Shown one piece after another: positions 7,535 through 15,122 of a stretch of 32,000 nucleotides of DNA (position 1 is the first letter of the stretch; the number at the start of each line of letters is the position of its first letter). A program made the position numbers and the translations under genes. The DNA comes from Planctomycetales bacterium (lineage in GTDB: Bacteria; 4484-113; JAFGCY01). The DNA lies in NCBI GenBank assembly GCA_022646745.1, contig CP060262.1, positions 3,960,001 through 3,992,000 of the forward strand, in the 5' to 3' direction. The notes under the pieces are model-generated. The model was given only the letters and a program-made list of their open reading frames with translations. It made no database searches and was not told the DNA's origin.

Positions 7535-8757
7535 TCGCAGTAGTCGACGCCAAGCTCGCCGGCTTCCAGCTCCCGCCAGATCGTTTCCAGCTCCGCCGCG
7601 ATATCCGGGCCATCCGGGTTGTAGCGCTCGTAGAACTCCAGGCTCGTGTATCCGACCGCACTTTCATCAAGCCCCGGCCGGCTGCCCTTCAGGCCGAACA
7701 TGATGTAGCCATTCGGGTCAGCTGCAGCCTGCAAATCTGCCACGGTGGCACAGTTCTTCAGCAGCCAGGCCAGTGCCACATCGCCCTTCTTGACGCCGAA
7801 GGTCAGGATGCGTTTCTCCGCGACGTGGCGCAGGTCCTCATAGCCCCCGGACACATAGCCGTTGAGCGGCCCCTGCGGGTCAGCGATCAGGGCGGTGACA
7901 TACGGTGTTGAGCGGGTCAGATCGAGGATGTAGTGGTTGCCATTGTAATTTGCACCGGCCTCATTGAGCAGGCGGATATGCTCATCGCGGAATGTCTCAG
8001 GCGCGACCATCCCACGGCTGTCAACCGGCAGCACAGCCTGCTTCACCCAGGCGCTGGGTGAGACGTATTCCAGGCCAGCCACCGCCGCATCCATGAACTC
8101 GGCAACCTGCGGATCATCCGCGCTGCCCAGCAGCATGAAGTGGGCCACATTGCTGGAGCGGGCCGCCGCTGCACCGGCCATGAAGGCTGCCGGGCAGATA
8201 TCGAAGCGCAGACGGAACACTGGCACGCTCGTGATGTTTATCACGCCATCGCTGCCAATCTCATCGACGACGATCACCGCCTTGGCCTTAAGGCTGCCAT
8301 TGTCAATGCGCTCCAGCGCGGACTTCAGCAGATAGCCGCTGGACAGTACCAGCCAGTCACATGACTGCACCTGGTCCAGCAGGGCCGCCGCCTGCAGGTC
8401 GGTCATCTTGCCGGGCAGCTTTGATTCCGGGTCGGGCATGCCGACTTCGCCGTCAATCTCTCCGAACTCGATCTGCTGTGGCAGGGTGCCGTACAGGGTG
8501 TAGCCGATGTCCTGCGTCTCACCGAGGTTGGCAAGCAGGCCATCCAGTTCGCGGACCCGCACTCCATCACCGATGCCAAGGTCGGAGGCCACCATCGCCA
8601 CCACCTGCTGCTGTCCCCTGGCTGGGGTTGCCTGGTTGCTGCCCTGCTGGGTCTGGCTTGTGGTGTTGCCCGTATTGCCACTCTTTGATGCGGGAGGCGG
8701 GCAGCCGCAGAGCAGTAGAAGGGATATGAGCGCTATTGTCGTGCTGAGCTTGTACAT
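7528..8757 (-). CDS. BMP/Med-like (PBP type-1) substrate-binding lipoprotein
   Basis: ATG at 8757 (the track's TTG at 8763 is less likely), with GAGGA upstream. Lipobox LLLCG|C followed by a Q/T/N-rich linker. FDICPAAFMAGAAAA resembles the BMP-family ligand-binding core. Confidence 0.55.
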   Translation of the reverse strand: MYKLSTTIALISLLLLCGCPPPASKSGNTGNTTSQTQQGSNQATPARGQQQVVAMVASDLGIGDGVRVRELDGLLANLGETQDIGYTLYGTLPQQIEFGEIDGEVGMPDPESKLPGKMTDLQAAALLDQVQSCDWLVLSSGYLLKSALERIDNGSLKAKAVIVVDEIGSDGVINITSVPVFRLRFDICPAAFMAGAAAARSSNVAHFMLLGSADDPQVAEFMDAAVAGLEYVSPSAWVKQAVLPVDSRGMVAPETFRDEHIRLLNEAGANYNGNHYILDLTRSTPYVTALIADPQGPLNGYVSGGYEDLRHVAEKRILTFGVKKGDVALAWLLKNCATVADLQAAADPNGYIMFGLKGSRPGLDESAVGYTSLEFYERYNPDGPDIAAELETIWRELEAGELGVDYCDH

Positions 8758-8793
8758 GGTCAACTGTCCTCGGTGCCCGGGAAAAGGCCGCCT

Positions 8794-9393
8794 TCAGCCT
8801 AGACGCAGGAGCAACCGACGAAGTTTACCCGATTCCGTACGCAGCACCGTGAGATGGTAGCCGCGGCTCAGCCTGCCGGAACCACTGCTGCCTGGCGTGA
8901 ACCAGGCCTTGGACAGGTTTTCCTCCAACCTGATGCTGCCTGCGCACTCCGGTGGAATGTCTGCATAGAGTCCAAGCACCTCCAGCTCCTCACCGAACCC
9001 TCGTGAGTGGTCATATAGCTGGCTGTACAGCTCTTCAGCCTGCTCGCGCCCCAGTTCATCGGCAAACTGCCGGCGCCTGCTGACAGGCTGCTCCATGGCG
9101 GAGTCCAGGTCCCGCCTGACGGACAGCTTCGCAGCCGGGATTGGGATGGACACATTTGGATCCCGCCTGACAAGTCCCAGCAGTCCGGTCCTACGGGCGG
9201 GCGGTCCAATGCGCACGTCAATCGACCTCACCGTACGCGGCGCCTGGACCTGCCCCAGCTGCAGATCCAGCGCTGCTGTTCCTGCCTGCAGGAGAATCCT
9301 GTGTGTGACGAACTGAAAGGACTCATGCAGATAGAGCAGATCCGCTGCATCTATGTCTGAGGTATCCAGTCCACTGATGCTGCGCTCAGGCAC
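8794..9393 (-). CDS. Hypothetical protein (ORF B); start uncertain (GTG 9393 or ATG 9423)
   Basis: The downstream two-thirds of the 273-aa track ORF has coding-like composition. GTG at 9393 overlaps the stop of ORF A (GTGCCTGA). No recognisable motif. Confidence 0.4.
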   Translation of the reverse strand: MPERSISGLDTSDIDAADLLYLHESFQFVTHRILLQAGTAALDLQLGQVQAPRTVRSIDVRIGPPARRTGLLGLVRRDPNVSIPIPAAKLSVRRDLDSAMEQPVSRRRQFADELGREQAEELYSQLYDHSRGFGEELEVLGLYADIPPECAGSIRLEENLSKAWFTPGSSGSGRLSRGYHLTVLRTESGKLRRLLLRLG

Positions 9394-9934
9394 CCTGTCC
9401 CACCTGCTCACGCTGCAGGGCATCGAGGATGCGCCGGATCCTTCCCATTGGCTCCAGCACATCAAAGCTGGCCCCGCATTCACCCAGCCCGGGAATGGTC
9501 TTCTCAGCGGCAAAGTTGTCTCGGCTGAATACCTGTACCAAGATAGGGCTGCGGTGCTCCCCCAGCTGGGCCTGCAATTCCGTCTCGGAGAGCCACTCAA
9601 ACGCACCCGAATCACTCAGCGGGCGGTTCTCGGTGCGCTGGATGAAACATACCGGCCGTTTCACCCGTTGCCCGAGGGCCAGCAGGTCCTTTCCATTCAC
9701 GACCAGTGGCGCTGCCTTCTGCTGGGAAGCGTCAACCAGTCCCTTGCCGATCACATCCAACAGCAGGTAACGGCCCAGGGTCGATCCATACAGGCTGGTC
9801 TGCAGCTCTGTTGGCCGGATCTGTTCGCTATGGATGAATTCTATCGGGATTCCGAGCTCGTTGACGCTGAGCAGTCCACCGATATGGAGGTCACCGCGCA
9901 GGCGGACGATGTCGAGGTAGGAAATGGCCAGCAC
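9386..9934 (-). CDS. Hypothetical protein (ORF A)
   Basis: 182 aa with a GTG start and normal-looking amino-acid composition (VLAISYLDIVRLRGDLHIGG...). No family recognised. Confidence 0.45.
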   Translation of the reverse strand: MLAISYLDIVRLRGDLHIGGLLSVNELGIPIEFIHSEQIRPTELQTSLYGSTLGRYLLLDVIGKGLVDASQQKAAPLVVNGKDLLALGQRVKRPVCFIQRTENRPLSDSGAFEWLSETELQAQLGEHRSPILVQVFSRDNFAAEKTIPGLGECGASFDVLEPMGRIRRILDALQREQVGQGA

Positions 9935-10034
9935 AGGCTATTTTACGGCTGTGGAAACGTCACACTTGAAGGTCGAAACAAACATTTTTCAGATCACATA
10001 TGTCTAAGGTACCGGGTGGGGCCATCCTCAAGCA

Positions 10035-10063
10035 TTCCCACGACACCCCGTCTGTGGTAGAAT
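10035..10063 (+). promoter_or_regulatory. Candidate sigma70 promoter with extended -10, upstream of the bS22-like ORF
   Basis: TTCCCA, 17-nt spacer, TAGAAT, with TG one nt upstream of the -10 (TGGTAGAAT). Confidence 0.35.
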
Positions 10064-10131
10064 TTCAGCCCGCAATTGTGATTCACACTTGCTGGCAAGG
10101 TCACGTCTAAATTCAAGTACAGTGGTGTTCT

Positions 10132-10218
10132 ATGAAAGGAAGAAAGGCCAAGCGCGCCAAGATTCGCAAGCATAAATACAAAAAGATGCGTAAGCGCCTC
10201 AGGCACAAACGCAAATAA
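10132..10218 (+). CDS. 28-aa highly basic peptide, bS22-like (AURKAIP1/COX24-type) small ribosomal protein
   Basis: ATG...TAA encodes MKGRKAKRAKIRKHKYKKMRKRLRHKRK. Below the ORF-track cutoff. The K/R pattern with KHKYKK..RKRLRHK resembles bacterial bS22 / AURKAIP1-COX24-domain peptides as I recall them. Confidence 0.55.
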   Translation: MKGRKAKRAKIRKHKYKKMRKRLRHKRK

Positions 10219-10296
10219 CTGACACCTGCCGTGGCAGGGTTGTCAGCCTGATCCTTGATCAACCTGCGCGGCCGGCGCCGTCCCCCCTGGGGGCTG

Positions 10297-10333
10297 CCGG
10301 CTGCGCTTGTCATTTTCTGGGCGCAGCCGGTTT
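10297..10333. terminator. GC-rich hairpin between the convergent bS22-like ORF and fliA
   Basis: CCGGCTGCGC, 14-nt loop, GCGCAGCCGG, followed by TTT on the plus strand. It abuts the fliA stop codon. Confidence 0.35.
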
Positions 10334-11075
10334 AGCTGTTCATCTGTTCACGCCAGTCCTCGAGCATCACCCGCAGGCGCGAAACCGCGGCACTGTGGAT
10401 CTGGCAGATCCGCGACTCGGACAGGCTCATCACCTCACCGATTTCCTTGAGGGAAAGCTGGCGACGGTAGTAGAGGTCCAGCACCTGCTGGTCCCGCTCG
10501 CACAGCCTGGAAATCGCACTGGCGAGGCAGCGTGAGAAATCGCTACGGGCGATCCCGTCCTCGGGCCGGTCCCTCGTACTGGAGATCTGGAATTCAGTCT
10601 CCCCTTCCTCAAGGTCACGGAATGAAAGCACCGTCAGCACGCTGATCTCGGAAAGTGCCTGGCGGTACTCCGGCACCTTCATGTTGAGCTTGCGTGCAAG
10701 CTGCTCATCGGTAGGTGTCCGTCCGATTTCCTGCTCAAGCTCCAGCTCTGCCCGGCTGATCTCACGGGCCCGTTGCCTGAGGCTGCGCGGCGCCCAGTCG
10801 AGCTTGCGCAGGTAATCCACGATTGCCCCGCGGATCCGGATCGAGGCGTAGGTCTCGAACTTGACCTGTTTGCCCGGGTCATAGCGGTTGATCGCGTCAA
10901 TCAGCCCGATGCGCGCCTCACTGAGCAGGTCGTCCCTGTCGACCGAGGCCGGCAGGTCCACGATCAGGCGCTGCACCTGGTATTCCGCCAGGTGCGAATA
11001 CGCCTTCACAAGCTGCTCGAGGTACGGCTCGCGCTGATCCTTGTCATACGTCTGCCACTGTACTGCTGCTTCCAC
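10332..11075 (-). CDS. fliA: Flagellar sigma factor sigma-28 (FliA/WhiG family)
   Basis: 247 aa. GTG at 11075 lies 7 nt after GGAGGAG. Region 2 (DDLLSEARIGLIDAINRYDP...FETYASIRIRGAIVDYLR) and region 4 (LSLKEIGEVMSLSESRICQIHS) are present, and the gene sits at the operon end after the che genes. Confidence 0.9.
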   Translation of the reverse strand: MEAAVQWQTYDKDQREPYLEQLVKAYSHLAEYQVQRLIVDLPASVDRDDLLSEARIGLIDAINRYDPGKQVKFETYASIRIRGAIVDYLRKLDWAPRSLRQRAREISRAELELEQEIGRTPTDEQLARKLNMKVPEYRQALSEISVLTVLSFRDLEEGETEFQISSTRDRPEDGIARSDFSRCLASAISRLCERDQQVLDLYYRRQLSLKEIGEVMSLSESRICQIHSAAVSRLRVMLEDWREQMNS

Positions 11076-11079
11076 TTAT

Positions 11080-11442
11080 CTACTCCTCCATCTCGCTTGA
11101 GACAATCACTTCCACGTCGTCGTCCATCTCGGGGCTGTCAAGCCTGTCTTCCATGGCAACGGCCTTCTCCTGCTCCTCCTCCCACTGCCTCAGCACCTTG
11201 ATCACATGGATGCTGACAACACGGAACCAGATGTAGCCGAGCACATCACCGGCAAGGTAGAACATCACGCCGAGCAGCCAGGGCCAGACGTGCGCAACCG
11301 GCCGCTGGGTGTCACCGCTGAGCAGGATCAGCACATAGGCCGCACAGAACGCGACCAGGCCCATCAGCAGGGCGGTCAGCGTGCGGCTGCGCTGCTCGAG
11401 TGTCGTCAGGCTCTGCCTGAGGTCATATTCCACATTCTCCAC
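11080..11442 (-). CDS. Small 2-TM membrane protein with an acidic C-terminal tail, function unknown
   Basis: 120 aa with a GTG start and two hydrophobic helices. The tail is EEEQEKAVAMEDRLDSPEMDDDVEVIVSSEMEE. Its stop is 4 nt from the fliA start, and the fliA SD lies inside its last codons. Confidence 0.55.
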   Translation of the reverse strand: MENVEYDLRQSLTTLEQRSRTLTALLMGLVAFCAAYVLILLSGDTQRPVAHVWPWLLGVMFYLAGDVLGYIWFRVVSIHVIKVLRQWEEEQEKAVAMEDRLDSPEMDDDVEVIVSSEMEE

Positions 11443-11469
11443 CTTCGGCGGCTCCCCGCCGCCTTCAAC

Positions 11470-11958
11470 CTATAGGTTCGCCTCGCCCTTCCCGACGATC
11501 CTGATCATGAAGCTCAGTTCGTCGAGGCTGACGATGAACGTCCTGCCCTTGTTGCCTCCGGTATCGGAACCGGATAGCTTGAGGCGGTACTCCTTCAGGA
11601 ACCCGTTCACCGCCTCGGTGTTGCGCTTGCCGATTGCCATCTTCGGCGCATCACTACCGGCGAAGCTGAACATCTCAGCACCCCCGGCCATCTTCACAAC
11701 CAGCCTCTCGCGCATTGCCCCGGCCCGCAGCACCTGGTCCAGCAGCTCCGGCACAGCCGTGTCCGCATATTTCCCAAGCTGCTTGACCGGCCCTTGCACG
11801 ATCTTCGAATCCGGCAGCATGATGTGCACCATCCCGCCGACCCGGTTCACCTTGTCAACCATTGCCAGGCCGATGCAGGACCCCAGCCCCAGCGCTTCGA
11901 GCCTGTCTCCCGGACCACCAATCTTCAGTTCGGCCATTCCGACCCTGTGCACTGCCAT
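11470..11958 (-). CDS. cheD: Chemoreceptor glutamine deamidase CheD
   Basis: 162 aa. ALGLGSCIGLAM (catalytic Cys) and GMVHIMLPDS (His) are CheD signatures. TAATG overlap with cheC. Confidence 0.9.
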   Translation of the reverse strand: MAVHRVGMAELKIGGPGDRLEALGLGSCIGLAMVDKVNRVGGMVHIMLPDSKIVQGPVKQLGKYADTAVPELLDQVLRAGAMRERLVVKMAGGAEMFSFAGSDAPKMAIGKRNTEAVNGFLKEYRLKLSGSDTGGNKGRTFIVSLDELSFMIRIVGKGEANL

Positions 11959-12578
11959 TACAGATTGGCAACCCCCAGGGATTCCAGCAGCATCGTCAGT
12001 GAACCCGGTTCAGGGATGAACACGCACTGCCCGTCGATATGGTCGCCACCGACTTCAAAGTGGGTATCAACGATCATGATTTTTTCCGAAAGTTCATACA
12101 TGTTGCTGACCACGTAGCTCACGATGCTGCCGGCGAAGTCCTGCGCAACCGCAGGCACGGTGCTGTGCATCAGCAGGCTGGTCATGTCTGCCAGGCTGCG
12201 CAGGAAGCTGCTCGCGAGGATGTTGCCAAGCTCCTGCAGTGCGCTTCGTGCCATCTCGCTCTCGCCAATGGTCATGTCCGCGCTGGGGGCCATCTGGTTC
12301 AGCAGCATCTGGGCATCCGAGGTGCGGAAGATCATCACCAGGTGGCCGCGGATGTCCCCCACGACCTGCACGTAGGATGCGCAGACCTCCACCTCCTCTC
12401 CGCCCAGCAGCCGGCTGATCTCCACATCTGGAACCACCTTGACGAAGGGGACCGTAATGTCAACGCGGGTGTTGATCAGCTGGCTCAATGAGGTCGCGGC
12501 ATTGCCCATGCCGATGTTGCTGACCTCGCGGATCGTGTCCTTCTGCATGTCACTGAGGTCATATGCCGAGTTGCCCAT
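11958..12578 (-). CDS. cheC: CheY-P phosphatase CheC
   Basis: 206 aa. Both [D/S]xxxExxN-x22-P active-site motifs are present: DTIREVSN...x22...P and SALQELGN...x22...P. Confidence 0.88.
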   Translation of the reverse strand: MGNSAYDLSDMQKDTIREVSNIGMGNAATSLSQLINTRVDITVPFVKVVPDVEISRLLGGEEVEVCASYVQVVGDIRGHLVMIFRTSDAQMLLNQMAPSADMTIGESEMARSALQELGNILASSFLRSLADMTSLLMHSTVPAVAQDFAGSIVSYVVSNMYELSEKIMIVDTHFEVGGDHIDGQCVFIPEPGSLTMLLESLGVANL

Positions 12579-12581
12579 GTG

Positions 12582-13097
12582 CTATGCCCTGCCCTTCTCA
12601 GGATGTTCAGTGCCGAGCAGCCCTGCGAGGTTGAGCAGGGTGATCAGGCGGTTGTCAATCGTCACCGTGCCGCTGACCAGTCCGTCACTGCCGTTGCGGC
12701 CAAGCTTGGCCGCTGAATCGTCAATGTCCCTAGTGGAGATCTTGATCACGTCCGCCACCTGGTCAACAAGCAGACTTGCATCGTCTCCGTCACTGTCGAC
12801 CACCATCAGGGACTGGTTGTCATACTGGTCCTGGCCAACTTCGGGCATTCCCAGCCTTGTTCGCAGGTTGAACACCGGGATGATCCGGCCCCGCAGGTTG
12901 ATCACCCCGTCGATGCAGTCACTGGAATTCGGGACGCGCGTGAACTGCTTGATCGCGATGATCTCAGTCACGATGTTGGCAAACAGCCCGAATTCCTGGC
13001 CTCCCAGACGGCAGACAACGAGCAGCTCCTCGATGTCAACGGCCTGCAGCTCCGGGATCTCCGACTGTACCTGCACTGCTGTAGCTTCATTTTTCAT
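12582..13097 (-). CDS. cheW: Chemotaxis coupling protein CheW
   Basis: 171 aa. CheW-domain pattern GGQEFGLFANIVTEI...VPNSSDCIDGVINLRGRIIPVFNLRTRLG. ATGA overlap with cheB. Confidence 0.9.
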   Translation of the reverse strand: MKNEATAVQVQSEIPELQAVDIEELLVVCRLGGQEFGLFANIVTEIIAIKQFTRVPNSSDCIDGVINLRGRIIPVFNLRTRLGMPEVGQDQYDNQSLMVVDSDGDDASLLVDQVADVIKISTRDIDDSAAKLGRNGSDGLVSGTVTIDNRLITLLNLAGLLGTEHPEKGRA

Positions 13098-14155
13098 ATT
13101 GCATCCACCGCGTCCACAACTGCCTGTGGGAGTTCATTGATCGGGTATGCCGCATCCGCGATCCTGCTTTCGATGACACTGCGCGGCATGCCGTAGATCA
13201 ATGCCGTTTCCTTGCTTTCCGCCAGGATCCGGCAGCCGTTCTTCTTCAATGCATTGCAGCCCTCTGTGCCGTCCTTGCCCATTCCCGTCAGGACGACTCC
13301 GACGGCCCGCTTGCCAACGTTCTGGGCTAGTGTGCGAAATGTCAGGTCCGCACAGGGGCGCAACCCGCCAATCGCCGGGCTGTCATTGAGCACCGCGACG
13401 CCGTCCCTGTTGAATTCCAGGTGGCGCCCACCGGGGGCGATCAGGCACAGCCCAGGGGTCAGGCGGTCTCCTTCCTCGGCCTCCTTCACCTTGATGCTGC
13501 AGATCGAATTGAGCCTCTCGGCCAGCAGCGCCGTGAACTTGGCAGGCATGTGCTGCACGACAAGCATCGCTGCGCCGATGTCGGCCGGAATGCCCGGCAG
13601 GAACTGGGAAAGCGCCTTTGGTCCGCCTGTTGAGCTGGCAATCGCCACCAGCTTGCGTGCGGAATTGGTGCTGTATGAGGCTGTCGGGCGGTCAACCCGG
13701 TGATTGGCAGTCACCGCGCGCATCACCTTGCCCGGTGTTGGCACGCGGCTTGCCATCGCTCCGTCAAGCGTACGCATCAGCTGCGGGCCGACACTGGCGA
13801 AGTCAACGGAAATGGAACCGCCGGGCTTGCAGATGAAGTCAACCGCACCGTCCTCGAGTGCCTGGATGGTTTCCTGGGCACCTTCACTGGTGAGGCTGGA
13901 AACCATCACCACACGGGTTGGCTTCTGCTTCATGATCTCACGCAGGCAGGCCAGCCCGTCCATCTTGGGCATGTTGATGTCAAGCGTGACAAGGTCCACG
14001 GAACCGTTGCTCCGCTGCAATTTCTCCAGCGCTTCGATTCCATCGCGTGCGGTGTCAACCACTTCGTAACGACCGGAATCGCTGACGATCTCGGAGATCA
14101 CCTTACGCATGAATGCGCTGTCATCAACTATCAGAATGCCGTGCTTTCTGGACAT
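13094..14155 (-). CDS. cheB: Chemotaxis response regulator protein-glutamate methylesterase CheB
   Basis: ATG at 14155 (the track's TTG at 14170 is unlikely). Receiver domain ILIVDDS...LDINMPKMDG. Esterase domain ASTGGPKAL...VVQHMPAKFT...LTGMGKDG (Ser/His/Asp). Confidence 0.92.
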   Translation of the reverse strand: MSRKHGILIVDDSAFMRKVISEIVSDSGRYEVVDTARDGIEALEKLQRSNGSVDLVTLDINMPKMDGLACLREIMKQKPTRVVMVSSLTSEGAQETIQALEDGAVDFICKPGGSISVDFASVGPQLMRTLDGAMASRVPTPGKVMRAVTANHRVDRPTASYSTNSARKLVAIASSTGGPKALSQFLPGIPADIGAAMLVVQHMPAKFTALLAERLNSICSIKVKEAEEGDRLTPGLCLIAPGGRHLEFNRDGVAVLNDSPAIGGLRPCADLTFRTLAQNVGKRAVGVVLTGMGKDGTEGCNALKKNGCRILAESKETALIYGMPRSVIESRIADAAYPINELPQAVVDAVDAI

Positions 14156-14228
14156 ATCATTACAAACCAAAAACCTTCAATCAATGGTAACCCTGAATCG
14201 CTTTACTCAGGAATAAATCCCGGTTTCA

Positions 14229-15122
14229 TTACCTCGCGTCAGTCACCGCCATTCGTTTCACTGAATCCATCAGGCGACCGAAGAATCCGCGCCGCTCAGG
14301 TTCCGGCAGGACTGCCGACTGGCCATCTAGCACCTGTACCAGCGCGTTGATGGCCCGCGCGCAGCGTCCATGCGGGAACATTCCCAGCAGCGGTGCCTGG
14401 CGACGCGTGCACTCATACATCTGTTCGTCATATGGTATGCCTCCCAGCAGGTTGATCCCGCGTTCCTGGTAGCGCCTGGTCACACGGTCCAGTGAGGCGT
14501 GTGTGCGCTCCAGCTCACCTTCCGCTCGCAGCATGTTCACCACCAGGTGCAGGTTGCCACTGTACTGCCGCGCGCAGAGCATCTTGATCACACTGTAGGC
14601 ATCCAGCATGGCCGGGGGGTCCGGGGTGCAGACCAGCACACAGTCATCGGCCGGCAGGGCGAAGCGGGCGACGCCCTCCCCGATTCCGGCTGCGGTGTCA
14701 ATCACCATCACGTCGTAGCTGTCCTCCAGTTCCCTGAGCTGGCCAAGCATGCGCACAAGCGACAGGGAACCCATCGACGCCAGTTCCGGCACGCCTGCGC
14801 CGCCTGGCAGCAGATCAATCCCGTGTTGCGTATGCAGCAGGATGTCAGCCAGCCGGCAGCTACCCTTCGAGACGTCCTCAATGGTGCGCTGCGGCACCAC
14901 GCCGAGCATCAGGTCTAGGTTGGCAAGCCCGAGGTCCGCATCGAACAGCAGCACACGGCGACCGCCGGCCGCCAGTGCGATCGCCAGGTTCAGCGAGATG
15001 CTGGACTTGCCAACGCCGCCCTTGCCGCCGGTGACGGTCACAACCCGGCAGCGTCCACTGCCGAACACACTATGGCCGCGGTCCTGCGCCAAGCTGCGCA
15101 GCTGCTGTGCCTGGTCAATCAT
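14229..15122 (-). CDS. flhG: Flagellar number/placement regulator FlhG (MinD/ParA-type ATPase, YlxH)
   Basis: ATG at 15122 (the track's TTG is at 15131). N-terminal DQAQQLR (FlhF-activating DQAxxLR motif) and deviant Walker A GGKGGVGKSS. 8-nt overlap with the flhF stop. Confidence 0.88.
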   Translation of the reverse strand: MIDQAQQLRSLAQDRGHSVFGSGRCRVVTVTGGKGGVGKSSISLNLAIALAAGGRRVLLFDADLGLANLDLMLGVVPQRTIEDVSKGSCRLADILLHTQHGIDLLPGGAGVPELASMGSLSLVRMLGQLRELEDSYDVMVIDTAAGIGEGVARFALPADDCVLVCTPDPPAMLDAYSVIKMLCARQYSGNLHLVVNMLRAEGELERTHASLDRVTRRYQERGINLLGGIPYDEQMYECTRRQAPLLGMFPHGRCARAINALVQVLDGQSAVLPEPERRGFFGRLMDSVKRMAVTDAR

